Source: Dehalococcoidia bacterium (GTDB taxonomy: Bacteria; Chloroflexota; Dehalococcoidia; Bin125). Taken from it: a stretch of 64,000 bases of DNA. Under the pieces are notes generated by a model that saw only the letters and a program-made list of their open reading frames with translations, was not told the DNA's origin and made no database searches. Below are positions 1 through 9,691 of the stretch, in pieces. A program made the translations under genes and the position numbers. Position 1 is the stretch's first letter; each line of letters starts with the position of its first letter. The DNA lies in contig OY820591.1 of NCBI GenBank assembly GCA_963555985.3, positions 2,592,001 to 2,656,000 on the forward strand, read 5' to 3'.

Positions 1-1199
1 CCCAGAATCTCCTCCGTATGCTCCCCCAGCAGCGGAGCCCGAGGCCCTACCTTCCACGACGTCTCCGACGACACCCACTTGCTCGAGGTATAGACGAACT
101 CGGCCTCGTGCTCCGGATGCGCCACCTTCGCAAAACTCCCCCGCTCCCACCAGTGCGGATCGAGCGCGTTCTCATGCGGCTTGCGCAGCGGCGCCCAGAG
201 GTGCCCCAAATCCTGCGCCTCCCGCCAAGGCACATCCTCAAACCGGAACTTGCGAATCAATCGCTGCGACACCTCCTGCAAATGCGCCGCCGTCTCCCCC
301 CGCGAGCGCGTGCTGGCGCCCCCGCCTTCAGCCGGCTCATCCTTCAGATCAGCAGCCATCCCATAGCTGTCCAGAAAGTCAATCAGCGACTGCGAGCGTC
401 CGCGCGGCAGCGCCATCACCCAGCGCCCGTCCTTGGTCGGCCCAATCATCGGCAGCGGCGAGACCTGCTCCATCGCGTGCCGGCAGGTCTGGCGGAAAAA
501 ACGCGCCCGCCGGTAGACCCAACTCATCAGGTCCAGCTCGGTGTTCTTCGAGACCGCATCATGCACGGCGCAATGCAGCCTCTGCACCCGCCCCGACCGG
601 CGCCGGTCGATCAACGCCCCAATCGTGTTGAGGCAGACCATCTCGCCCGCGATCTGGTATGCCTGCCACATCTGCGGCGCAATCGGCGGCGTGTCATACG
701 TCCCGTCCGGCTGTGGGTCGTAACCGCAGTTCATCATCGGCCCGCCCAACGCTAGATGCACCAGATCAGACCCCCGATAGTCCGCCCAGGGCCCGTCATC
801 CCCAAACGGCGTCATCCGCGAGACAATCAGGTTCGGCGCGCGCCCGCGCAGCGTGTCGTCATCCAGACCCAGCCGCGCCCGCTCTCCGCGAGCCGTCGCA
901 TCCAGCAACACATCCGCCGTTCCCAACAGCCCAATCAGCCGCTCCCGATCCACCGCCGTCTCCAGATCAAGCACGACCGACCGCTTCCCCAACGAGTAAT
1001 GCCACCAAAACAGCGACCGCTCCAACCCCGCCGCATCCTCAAAGAACGGCCCAATCCCCCGAGTCGAACACCCCTCAGGAGGCTCAACCTTAATCACTTC
1101 CGCCCCCAGCCCCGCAAACAGCCGCCCCGCATAAGCGGAAACCTCATCCCCAATCTCAACAACGCGAAGTCCCTGAAGGAGGTGGTCTTGGTTGGTCAT
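1..1199 (-). CDS. CaiB/BaiF family (class III) CoA-transferase, 3' end outside window
   Basis: Manual minus-strand translation from ATG at 1199: MTNQDHLLQGLRVVEIG...LGAEVIKVEPPEG...GKRSVVLDL...PRAPLLGEHTEEIL. It is absent from the ORF track because it has no stop codon in the window. Confidence 0.88.
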   Translation of the reverse strand, partial: MTNQDHLLQGLRVVEIGDEVSAYAGRLFAGLGAEVIKVEPPEGCSTRGIGPFFEDAAGLERSLFWWHYSLGKRSVVLDLETAVDRERLIGLLGTADVLLDATARGERARLGLDDDTLRGRAPNLIVSRMTPFGDDGPWADYRGSDLVHLALGGPMMNCGYDPQPDGTYDTPPIAPQMWQAYQIAGEMVCLNTIGALIDRRRSGRVQRLHCAVHDAVSKNTELDLMSWVYRRARFFRQTCRHAMEQVSPLPMIGPTKDGRWVMALPRGRSQSLIDFLDSYGMAADLKDEPAEGGGASTRSRGETAAHLQEVSQRLIRKFRFEDVPWREAQDLGHLWAPLRKPHENALDPHWWERGSFAKVAHPEHEAEFVYTSSKWVSSETSWKVGPRAPLLGEHTEEIL

Positions 1200-1255
1200 G
1201 TGGGCGTCCTGCTCTCTCATATCCCAGAGGATGATATGTGCAGAGGCGGATTTCG

Positions 1256-2344
1256 CTAACGAACGGACTCCAGCATTGTGCGGATCTTGGGGGCGAGCCG
1301 ATAGCGGGTGGCCTTGCCGCGTCCGATTCGCTGGACCAGGCCCGCCTCGGTCAGAGAGCTGAGGTCTGAGAATGCTGTGGGCTGGGCGCAGTCGGCGAGT
1401 TCGGCGTATTGGGAACTGGAGATTTGGCTCAGTTGAAGCAGGGAGTTGAGACCTACCAGCCGGCGATCGTTGATGAGTTCGCTGAAGTTGGCGAGCAACG
1501 CCAGACGTCGATGCTGAAACGCCGCGGCCTCTGCTTCGAGCTGGCGAATGGCGTCGGCGATCACGCGCGTGTGAAAGCGGAGGAAGTCGGTTACATCGAC
1601 TCGCTCGGAGAAAGTGGGGCCTTGCGACGCTTGCAGCGCTTCGTAATACTCGCTGCGACGGCTTCGGATGACGCTGCTGAGCGAGATCATGCCGTCGGCG
1701 TCGCGATCTTGCAATGCGAGGATCAGATCGGCCAAGAGCCGCGCGGTGCGTCCGTTGCCATCGGCGAAAGGATGGATGCTGACGAATGCGAAGTGCGCTT
1801 TAGCGGCAGCGATTTCAGGCGGGTCGTCTCGGAGCCACTGACCGATCTGTTCGATCAGGCCGTCCATCAACGCGGGCAGCCAAGCAGCGGGCGGTCCGGT
1901 GTAGACGAACTGTCGTGTGGCGGTGTTAATGATCATGGAACCGCCGCTGCGGTAGCGGCCGGCCTGTTCAGCGCCGCGCCCAGGTAATCCATCAAGGAGG
2001 ATGGCGTTGAGAAGGCGCAGGAGGCCGATGTCGACTTGCACTGATTGATCGCGGGCCAATTCCTGAACGAGGCGATGGGCGCGGTCGGCGTTGCGGGCTT
2101 CTCGTCGTCGGTGATCGGGAGGGGAGCTGTCGAGCGCGGCCAGTTGCACCGATTCCAAGTCCAGCGGATTGCCCTCGATGGAGACGGAGGCGTGGGCGCT
2201 GCGGACGAGGGCGTGTCGGCGGAAGTAGTTCTCAAAGCCCTCAGGCACGGCGCTGCGAGCGAGTTCCCGGTGTTGCTCGATGAATGCGAGATGCTGGTTT
2301 GTGAGATCGTCGTCTCGGTGGGCGAGGGTGAGGTACATGGCCAT
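1256..2344 (-). CDS. Fic-domain protein with C-terminal winged HTH
   Basis: Canonical Fic motif HPFADGNGRTAR and an N-terminal inhibitory-type motif SVSIEGN. C-terminus reads TAFSDLSSLTEAGLVQRIGRGKATRY. Start chosen from an AAGGAG RBS before ATG 2344. Confidence 0.88.
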   Translation of the reverse strand: MAMYLTLAHRDDDLTNQHLAFIEQHRELARSAVPEGFENYFRRHALVRSAHASVSIEGNPLDLESVQLAALDSSPPDHRRREARNADRAHRLVQELARDQSVQVDIGLLRLLNAILLDGLPGRGAEQAGRYRSGGSMIINTATRQFVYTGPPAAWLPALMDGLIEQIGQWLRDDPPEIAAAKAHFAFVSIHPFADGNGRTARLLADLILALQDRDADGMISLSSVIRSRRSEYYEALQASQGPTFSERVDVTDFLRFHTRVIADAIRQLEAEAAAFQHRRLALLANFSELINDRRLVGLNSLLQLSQISSSQYAELADCAQPTAFSDLSSLTEAGLVQRIGRGKATRYRLAPKIRTMLESVR

Positions 2345-2408
2345 TTGCAGATGCTCCTTGGGCATTTTCGATTTTACACATAGGCCATCGGCAAATGCCG
2401 ATGGCCAA

Positions 2409-3296
2409 TCACTGAGAGATGGTCGCAGTCTGGCAGGATCCACGAATCAATCTGTCAATCAGGTCGCATGTGTCTTCCTGCTCCAGATTTCGAGGGTGCA
2501 CACGGATGTGGTATGAGCGGGTTCTCTCGTCGTAGGGATCATCGCTTTGGCTCGCCATTTCAAGCGAGGACTCCCGAACTTCGACTGACAGGTCGCTATC
2601 CTCGTCCTGCTTAAATTCTGTAGAGACCCAACCTTTTCTTTTCGGTCGAAGTACGGCTATCCAAGGCAAGGAGGGAGCGCGGAGCCTGATGTAACCCTTG
2701 AGGAACCGGACTTCAACACCAGGTTGATATCGCCTTACACCTTCTACTAGCTGATCAAACACTCGCATTGCCTCAGCTGATGATTGCTGCTGCCACCAAT
2801 CGCGATCGACAAGAGAGCCAGACTCTTCCTCAAGCTCGGCTGGAGGCAGGTAGTCATGAACTCTTGTCGCGATAAGAGTAAGCGCATCGCCGATCTGCAC
2901 AGCTCGAAGTTGAATCGCGATCAAGGGAATAGAATGATGAAGCAATCCAATAACGTTTAGGAAACGACTGGTGATGTCCTCGGCGACGATTACTGCGATG
3001 TGTTCGTACTGAGGGTAGCGCCGCCGCTCAATGTCCCAGTACTCAATGGTCCGAACGATGTGCGACTCGTCGAGACGTCCGAGCTGGAGCTCGACTGTGT
3101 AACGCCTGTCGCTGTTTGGATCGGCAAGTAACAGATCGAGTCGGCCGCCCGTTGGCTGCGATTTCTCGCTGCCGATCACGTAGGCGTCGCCCAATCCAAG
3201 CCATGAAGCGTCGTCTACCAACAGATCCTGCAGCCAGCGTTCGTCGTACTCCGTGTGGTTCTTGAGGCTTATGTAAGTCGGCTTGACAGGTTTCAT
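2409..3296 (-). CDS. PD-(D/E)xK / NucS-like endonuclease-fold protein
   Basis: Pattern E-RWLQD...GGRLDLL...VELQLG...IEYW resembles restriction-endonuclease-like folds. Visibly lower GC than neighbours. Confidence 0.55.
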   Translation of the reverse strand: MKPVKPTYISLKNHTEYDERWLQDLLVDDASWLGLGDAYVIGSEKSQPTGGRLDLLLADPNSDRRYTVELQLGRLDESHIVRTIEYWDIERRRYPQYEHIAVIVAEDITSRFLNVIGLLHHSIPLIAIQLRAVQIGDALTLIATRVHDYLPPAELEEESGSLVDRDWWQQQSSAEAMRVFDQLVEGVRRYQPGVEVRFLKGYIRLRAPSLPWIAVLRPKRKGWVSTEFKQDEDSDLSVEVRESSLEMASQSDDPYDERTRSYHIRVHPRNLEQEDTCDLIDRLIRGSCQTATISQ

Positions 3297-3297
3297 A

Positions 3298-4506
3298 TTA
3301 GGTCCTCGGCAAACCCAGACCCCGCGTCGCGATCACGTTCCGCTGTACCTCGCTTGTACCGCCCCGAATCGTCGCCGGCACCATCCCCACGTAGTTCCTC
3401 GTAAACGTGCTCGCCGGCGCCGCCCCGCTCCAATGCTGCGCGTGCAGACCGAACACCTTCGTCGCCGTCAGCGCCAGCCGCTGACTCAACTCGCTCGCAA
3501 ACAGCTTCGCCGTGCTCGCCTCATAGTTCGGCACCAAGCCCGACGACTGCATCGAGATGATCCGGAAGCTGAACTGGTAGAGCGTCTCCGTCTCAATCCA
3601 GCGCTCCGCCAACTCATGCCGCAGTTCCGGCGTGATCCGCCCCGATGCGCCCTGGTCGTTCGCATGAATATGGCTAATCACCTGCCGCAGTTGCCGACGC
3701 GAGGCCACCGCCCCGCCGATGTTCGAGCGCTCGAAATCGAGCAGTGTCATGCCCACATACCAGCCGCGATTCAGCTCACCCACCAGATTGCTCGCCGGAA
3801 TCCGCACATCCTCGAAAAACACCTCGTTGAAGTAATGATCGCCGTTGATATTGATCAGCGGCCGCACCGTGATCCCGGGCGTCTTGATGTCGTCGATCAT
3901 CACAAACGAGATCCCGCGATGCTTGGGCGCGTCGGGATCAGTCCGCACGAGCGCGAACATCGCATCGGCGGTGTGCGCCGCCGACGTCCAGATCTTCTGG
4001 CCATTGATGATGAAATCGTCGCCGTCGCGCACCGCTCGCGTCGTCAGCGATGCCAGGTCCGATCCCGAACCCGGCTCGCTGTAGCCCTGCGCCCAGGTCA
4101 CCTCGCCGTCGAGGATCGGCGGCAGGTACTTCTCCTTCTGCTCGTCCGAGCCATGCACGATCAGCGTCGGCCCCAGCATATGCACGCCAGAGCCGCCCAC
4201 CGCCGGCGCGCCCGCCTCCGCGATCTCCTGGTTGAAGATGAACTGCTCCATCGGCGTCAGACCGCCGCCGCCGTACTCCGATGGCCAATGCGGCGCCACC
4301 CAGTGACGCTCCGCGAGCGCCGCGTGCCAATCAACCGCAGCCGCCAGCTCTTCGGCTTTGTCCGACTTGCGATCGTTCTCCCAGGCCCGCTCCGGCATCG
4401 CGCCTCGGCTGGCGAGATCGCGGTAGCGCTGCGGCAAACGATCAGTGATCAGCGTGCTCACCTCCGCACGGAAGGCGGCCTGCTCAGGAGTGTCGCGCCA
4501 GTCCAT
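3298..4506 (-). CDS. Acyl-CoA dehydrogenase
   Basis: Motifs WAQGYSEPGSGSDLASL, NGQKIWTS and TIRGGTSEVQRNVIA. Confidence 0.95.
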   Translation of the reverse strand: MDWRDTPEQAAFRAEVSTLITDRLPQRYRDLASRGAMPERAWENDRKSDKAEELAAAVDWHAALAERHWVAPHWPSEYGGGGLTPMEQFIFNQEIAEAGAPAVGGSGVHMLGPTLIVHGSDEQKEKYLPPILDGEVTWAQGYSEPGSGSDLASLTTRAVRDGDDFIINGQKIWTSAAHTADAMFALVRTDPDAPKHRGISFVMIDDIKTPGITVRPLININGDHYFNEVFFEDVRIPASNLVGELNRGWYVGMTLLDFERSNIGGAVASRRQLRQVISHIHANDQGASGRITPELRHELAERWIETETLYQFSFRIISMQSSGLVPNYEASTAKLFASELSQRLALTATKVFGLHAQHWSGAAPASTFTRNYVGMVPATIRGGTSEVQRNVIATRGLGLPRT

Positions 4507-4553
4507 CTCAGCTCCCCTGCTCCATGAAACGAGCGCCGATGCGAACGAAAGAA

Positions 4554-5204
4554 TCAGAGCGGCGGCACAGCCAGCGCGACCGCTGCCTGAATCTCGTCCA
4601 GCGCCCGGTTCACACTCAAACCGATCAAGTCCATCTTCGCCAACTGCTCGATCCGAGGCTCGATCCCCTCTAGATCGCGGCGCGGCAACAACAACTCCAA
4701 CAACCGGCTCGCACGCGCCAGACCGATCAACGCCACCTCTTCCGGCTCCGGAATCTCATCGCTCAACAGCACATCGATCAAGCGCCGGTGAATGTTGCGC
4801 GTCACCATCGGATCCACCGGCGGGTAACGTTCCGACTTGAACACCATCAAGCGGCGGCCCTGCTCCTTGCGCAGAATCCCGCGCGCAACCAGATCGTCCA
4901 GCTGCTGCTGGCGCAGCACCGGCGCATAGCGCGCAATCTCCGACACCCAGTACGAAGTCGGCTGATTCGGCATCCCGCTGTTGATATTGTTCAGCACCGC
5001 ATCGAACAGCGGGTTCCCGGTCGGAGATGCATCGACGATGAACAACCGCGAAAGATCCGTATCAACCCGCCCCATGAAGGACAGATCGATCAGCGCAGCG
5101 CCGGACACCGCGTAGTCGAGCCGCCCGTCGTAGGGACGATCCAACACCCCGTCTTCGCCGAGTCCAAGCAGAAGAATCTGGTCGCTGATAGTCAGGTCAG
5201 GCAC
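4554..5204 (-). CDS. GPP34 (Golgi phosphoprotein 3-like) family protein
   Basis: L-I-DQILLLGL...GAALIDL--MGRV, PTGNPLFDAVL and LVARGILRKEQGRRLMVFKSERYP match the family pattern as I recall it. Confidence 0.75.
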   Translation of the reverse strand: MPDLTISDQILLLGLGEDGVLDRPYDGRLDYAVSGAALIDLSFMGRVDTDLSRLFIVDASPTGNPLFDAVLNNINSGMPNQPTSYWVSEIARYAPVLRQQQLDDLVARGILRKEQGRRLMVFKSERYPPVDPMVTRNIHRRLIDVLLSDEIPEPEEVALIGLARASRLLELLLPRRDLEGIEPRIEQLAKMDLIGLSVNRALDEIQAAVALAVPPL

Positions 5205-5306
5205 GGGCGCTCCTGTTCAATCAGGCCGCGTCCCCGTCGGACTCGCAGCCGTACCGCGAGTGTAACCGCCCATCCCGAACCGCCCGCCAACACTCCTCAA
5301 TCGATC

Positions 5307-6422
5307 TCAGTCACCCAACCAAGGCTCAATCGTCACATTGACCGCCGCTTCCGACGTCTCACCCGCGAGCGTCGCGATCGCCTCAGCCGCGTTCTCCAAC
5401 CGGAACGCATGGGAATGCAACCGCTCCAACGGAAAACGCCCCGAAAGAATCACGTCAATCGCCCGCCGGAACGACTGGTGATCCACACCCAGCACACCCC
5501 GCACCGTCAATTGCCGCGTCACAATGTCGTCCGAGTTGAACTCCGGTACCCGGTGCGAACCCTTCAGCCCCGCCAATACGACCGTCCCGCCCCGCTTCGC
5601 CATCCGCATCGCGTCCGACACCGGCTGCGTCGCGTAGGGCGTGACATCCACCACCACATCCACTCCGCGCCCGTCCGTAGCCTCAAGCACTCGCTCGACC
5701 ACAGGCTCCGTCTCCGCGTTCAGAGTCAGATCCGCCCCAAATTCACGCGCAAGCGCCAGCTTGTGCTCGTCCCGCGAGAGGCCCGTCGCCACAATCGTGC
5801 CCGCTCCCGCAGCGCGAGCCGCAATGATCGAGCACAATCCCCGCTGACCCGACCCCAGCACCGCCACCGACTGTCCAACTTGTAATTGCGCCGCCGCCAC
5901 CGCCCAGGCAAACCCTGCCCCCAGCGGGTTGTAGAGCGCCGCCAGGCGCGGCGGCAGATCGTTCGGCATCGGATGCATCACCGTCGCCGGATGCAGATAC
6001 ATGTACTCCGCGTATCCGCCCCACAGACCGGGCGCGCGATCGGTCAGCGTGTAACCGTAGCCCGCTCCGTCCGCACACCGTCGCCCTTCCCCCTCGCGGC
6101 AATTCCGGCACTGCCCGCAGCGAACCCCCGGCTCCACCGACACCAAGTCGCCCACATCGACACCCCAACGCTCCGCCGCCCGTTCCCCCAGCGCCGCGAT
6201 CCGTCCAACCGGTTCATGCCCTGGAATCGTCGGAAAATTCGACGCAAACTCCCCGTTGAACTGCTCGTAGTCCGACCCGCAGATGCCGCATACTTCCATC
6301 CGCAGCAGTCCGTCGTCAGGCCCGATCTCCGGCAGCGAAAACGTCTGCAACTCCAACTCACGCACCGCGGTCAGCACCATCGCGCGGGCGCGATCGGGAA
6401 GCTCGGGCATGGAGGGCATCAC
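5307..6422 (-). CDS. Zinc-binding (MDR) alcohol dehydrogenase
   Basis: Motifs CGICGSD, PGHE, CGQCRNC...C and GSGQRG. Confidence 0.93.
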   Translation of the reverse strand: MMPSMPELPDRARAMVLTAVRELELQTFSLPEIGPDDGLLRMEVCGICGSDYEQFNGEFASNFPTIPGHEPVGRIAALGERAAERWGVDVGDLVSVEPGVRCGQCRNCREGEGRRCADGAGYGYTLTDRAPGLWGGYAEYMYLHPATVMHPMPNDLPPRLAALYNPLGAGFAWAVAAAQLQVGQSVAVLGSGQRGLCSIIAARAAGAGTIVATGLSRDEHKLALAREFGADLTLNAETEPVVERVLEATDGRGVDVVVDVTPYATQPVSDAMRMAKRGGTVVLAGLKGSHRVPEFNSDDIVTRQLTVRGVLGVDHQSFRRAIDVILSGRFPLERLHSHAFRLENAAEAIATLAGETSEAAVNVTIEPWLGD

Positions 6423-6430
6423 AAATCTCC

Positions 6431-7306
6431 TCAGCGCTGGTCGATCAACGGTTGCAGACGCGCGTTGCGCTCCATCGAAGCAGCCATGTGACGCACGCGC
6501 TCCTGCCCGATCTCCGTCTCCGGATCCTCATCCCAGCCGCGACCGCCCGCATCACGAATCCCGCCGTCCATCACCAGATACGAACCCGTCATGAAGTCGG
6601 CGTCGGGACCAACCAGGAACGCAATCAATCCGGCGATATCCGACGGCGCGCCCGACCGTCCGACCGGCGTCGCCGCCTCGAGCATCGTCCGAATCGGACC
6701 GCCCTCGTCGCCGGCGAGCGCGTGCGCCAGGGGCGTGTCAATCACGCCCGGACCGATCGCATTGATGTTGATCCCATGCGGCCCCAAGTCCTGCGCCCAG
6801 CCCCGCACCATCATCGCCACGCCCGCCTTGGTCGCCGAATAGCTCCACATCATTCCGCTCGTATTCAGCGCCGCCAACGAGGAAATGCAGACGATCCGTC
6901 CGCCGTTCCCCTGCGCGACCATCCGCTGAGCCGCCGCTTGTACGGTCAGAAACACCCCCGTCAGGTTGATATCCACCTGATCCTGCCAGTCCTTCAGCTC
7001 CAACTCCAACACCGAGCCGCCCCGCCCGATCCCCGCATTGGCGACCGCGATGTCAAGCGAACCCAACTCCGCCACGCACTCGTCCGCAGCCGCTTGTACC
7101 TGCTCCTTCGAGGCCACATTGCACTGCACCACATGCGCCCGCCGCCCGAACTCCCGCACCATCGAAGCAGTCTCCGCAGCCGCCTCAAGGTCAATCTCCG
7201 CAACACAGACATCCGCCCCATCCCGAGCAAGCCGCAGCGCCGTCCCTTGCCCAATCCCGCTGCCCGATCCCGTAATGAACGCAACCCGCCCACTCAGATC
7301 AGCCAT
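6431..7306 (-). CDS. SDR family oxidoreductase
   Basis: Motifs TGSGSGIG, NAG and YSATK. Start ATG 7306 follows GGGAGGG. Confidence 0.94.
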   Translation of the reverse strand: MADLSGRVAFITGSGSGIGQGTALRLARDGADVCVAEIDLEAAAETASMVREFGRRAHVVQCNVASKEQVQAAADECVAELGSLDIAVANAGIGRGGSVLELELKDWQDQVDINLTGVFLTVQAAAQRMVAQGNGGRIVCISSLAALNTSGMMWSYSATKAGVAMMVRGWAQDLGPHGININAIGPGVIDTPLAHALAGDEGGPIRTMLEAATPVGRSGAPSDIAGLIAFLVGPDADFMTGSYLVMDGGIRDAGGRGWDEDPETEIGQERVRHMAASMERNARLQPLIDQR

Positions 7307-7380
7307 CACAACCCTCCCAAATTCCTGTGCGTCAAAAGCTACCGCAAACAGCACCCACTCCGTCGCTCTCGCCCTCACAT

Positions 7381-7514
7381 CGTCATACCCACGCCCACAG
7401 CACCGTCATACCCGCGCTTGCCGCGGAGCCTATCCCCGCGAAGGCGGGGATCACTCGCCGTGATCTGCATCGTCGTCGCTCACACAACGAGATTCCCGTG
7501 CGCGCAGAAATGAC
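7381..7514. repeat. REP-like palindrome, family A, with nested AGCCT hairpin
   Basis: CCGTCATACCCGCGCTTGCCGCGG, then AGCCTATCCCCGCGAAGGCGGGG, then an inverted partner GAGATTCCCGTGCGCGCAGAAATGAC. Confidence 0.75.
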
Positions 7515-7532
7515 AGAAGAGCTCCAACCCCC

Positions 7533-8546
7533 TCAAACCAACCCATACCCCCGATCCACTCCCTCCCCCTCACGCGACAACACACCCTCCTCCACCAACG
7601 CCTCCAGATGCGCCACCGTCTCCGACATCGCCATCGTCAACTGACCCCGATCATGCGCTCGCTTCGGAAACACCGCAATCGCAATCTCCTTGATCGTGCT
7701 CTTGCCCCCTGCCACCGCATCAACGATCTCGCCCCGCCGCACCTGGTGGTGCTCCAGAATCTCCCCCGCCCGTTCCGCCGGACGCTCAATGATCCGCTCA
7801 TGCGCCGGCAGCGCCACGCTCGGATTCAACTCCGCTACCAGCCCCAGCGACTGCTCGAACGCCGCCAACGGCGAGCGCTCGTCATCGGGCCACATCCCGA
7901 TGTGCGGCGTAATCCGCGCCAGCAGATGATCACCCGTGAACAGAATCTCCTCATCGCGGTCGAGCACGCACAGATGCCCGTCCGTATGTCCGGGCGTCCA
8001 CACCATCTCAAACTCACGCCCGCCGATCTCCAACACCTCGCCGCCCCGGATCAACGTCGGCTCCGGCGCAGGCAGATCGATCCCCTCCATCGCCTCCCGC
8101 ATCCGGCTGAACATCGAATCTTGCGGCTCGGCGCCGTTCGCAAACTCATGATCGTCGAGCGCCGCCGCCCAGCCCCCGGAGAACCGGCGCCGCGCCAACT
8201 CCGGGTTCATCGCCCGCATCATCTGCATCCGCCCCCAATCCGCCTCATGCACAAACACCTCAGTCCCGAACCGATGCTGCAACCAGCCCGCGAACGCCGT
8301 GTGATCCGGGTGATAGTGCGAAATGAACGCCGCCTCCAACCGCCGACCGTCCGTCAGCAGCGGCGCAATCTCCCGCTCAAGTATCTGCACCCCCTCAGGC
8401 GAGGGAAAACCCGTATCAAACATCGCCCAGCCACCGCCGGTCGCGATCAACCAGACATGCACATGCGCCAACGGCGGCGGCATCGGCAGCGTGAAGCGGC
8501 GCACGTTCGGCGGAAGCGGACTCTGGTCGTGAAAGGGAATCGTCAT
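7533..8546 (-). CDS. MBL-fold metallo-hydrolase with C-terminal winged helix
   Basis: Motifs SHYHPDH, TPGHTDGH, FTGDH and LPAH. ATGA overlap with the upstream permease. Confidence 0.92.
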   Translation of the reverse strand: MTIPFHDQSPLPPNVRRFTLPMPPPLAHVHVWLIATGGGWAMFDTGFPSPEGVQILEREIAPLLTDGRRLEAAFISHYHPDHTAFAGWLQHRFGTEVFVHEADWGRMQMMRAMNPELARRRFSGGWAAALDDHEFANGAEPQDSMFSRMREAMEGIDLPAPEPTLIRGGEVLEIGGREFEMVWTPGHTDGHLCVLDRDEEILFTGDHLLARITPHIGMWPDDERSPLAAFEQSLGLVAELNPSVALPAHERIIERPAERAGEILEHHQVRRGEIVDAVAGGKSTIKEIAIAVFPKRAHDRGQLTMAMSETVAHLEALVEEGVLSREGEGVDRGYGLV

Positions 8547-9691
8547 ACGTCCTCATCATCAACTGGAACCGGTGCGGCCTCAGCTTGGGCGGCAGTCTCA
8601 GCCAGGTTCGCCAGACCCTGACCCAGAGCGTATATGCCGAACAGCACTAAGGTCAGCGCGATCCCGGCGCTGAGCGTCATCCAGGGTGCCTCGATGATGT
8701 ACTGCCGACCGACCGCGATCATCCCTCCCCAGCTCGGGCCGGAACCGGTGGAACCGAGGAATTCCATCAGCGTGATCCCAATCACAGCCGCAATCGCAAC
8801 ATTGCGCAAGGTCAGGATCAGCCGGACGCGGTGGCGCAGGATCGGATCCAACACAGCGCTGCGCAGACTCAGCGAAGCGGGGGCCGAAGGTTCCAAGCTG
8901 CGGTAGAGCGGTGCCAGCGCAACCATCGCCAGACCCAGAACCATCCACAGATCGCCCCAGCCGCCCGCGAAAACGATCAGCGAGAGCAGCGCCAGCGGCG
9001 GCAGCGCTTGTGCGCCATCAAGCACGCTCCCAAGCGCCCGTTCCGCGATCTTCCCGCCCCGAATCCGCGCAATCAGACCAGCGCTCACCGCCGCCAGCAC
9101 CGCCGCCGCACCGCCAATCAGCAGCGTTAGCAGACCGAAATAGAGCGGTCGCCAGGCCCCGTCCACCACCAGCGCGTAGATATCCCGGCCCGCCCGATCC
9201 GTCCCGAACCAGTGAGACCCCGAGGGCTCGGCAAACGAAGCAATGACAAGCGGCCGATATGCGTTGCGGGAGAGTCCCACCTCCAGATCATGCAACACTC
9301 CGTCGCGCACTTCCACATGAGGCTCGCGCCCCGAAGTCAGCGTTTCAAGCAGCGCATCATGATCGATCAACTCATGCACGAACTCCTGAATCTCGCCCTG
9401 AACCCCGGCAGCGTCCGCAAACTCCCCATAGATGCTCGGATCGGAAAGACGCTCGCGCAGTTCAGCCGCACTGAGCTCCGCCGGCGACCCGTCCAGCGCA
9501 GCCGCGACCCGCTCATACACAAACTCGGGATTGAGCTGCTCGAAGATCGTGTTCGAGTCATAGCGCCCAATCCCCATCCAGCCGCCGCCTTCGCCGATCG
9601 CGCCCACCGCAAACACGCTGCACGCAAACAGGATCACGAATCCCAACGCGCCCAGCGGTTCACGTCGAATCAGCGAACGAATCCGGCTCAT
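8543..9691 (-). CDS. DppC/OppC-like ABC permease, divergent, EAA motif absent
   Basis: PSGSHWFGTDRAGRD and PSWGGMIAVGRQY..APW are present. No YVEAAR..G loop. Paralog of 11403-12647. Confidence 0.8.
   Translation of the reverse strand: MSRIRSLIRREPLGALGFVILFACSVFAVGAIGEGGGWMGIGRYDSNTIFEQLNPEFVYERVAAALDGSPAELSAAELRERLSDPSIYGEFADAAGVQGEIQEFVHELIDHDALLETLTSGREPHVEVRDGVLHDLEVGLSRNAYRPLVIASFAEPSGSHWFGTDRAGRDIYALVVDGAWRPLYFGLLTLLIGGAAAVLAAVSAGLIARIRGGKIAERALGSVLDGAQALPPLALLSLIVFAGGWGDLWMVLGLAMVALAPLYRSLEPSAPASLSLRSAVLDPILRHRVRLILTLRNVAIAAVIGITLMEFLGSTGSGPSWGGMIAVGRQYIIEAPWMTLSAGIALTLVLFGIYALGQGLANLAETAAQAEAAPVPVDDEDV

Noticed and set aside
18-1259. Plus-strand ORFs 18-755, 659-1093 and 756-1259
   Set aside because: They are Arg/Pro-rich shadows of the minus-strand CoA-transferase.
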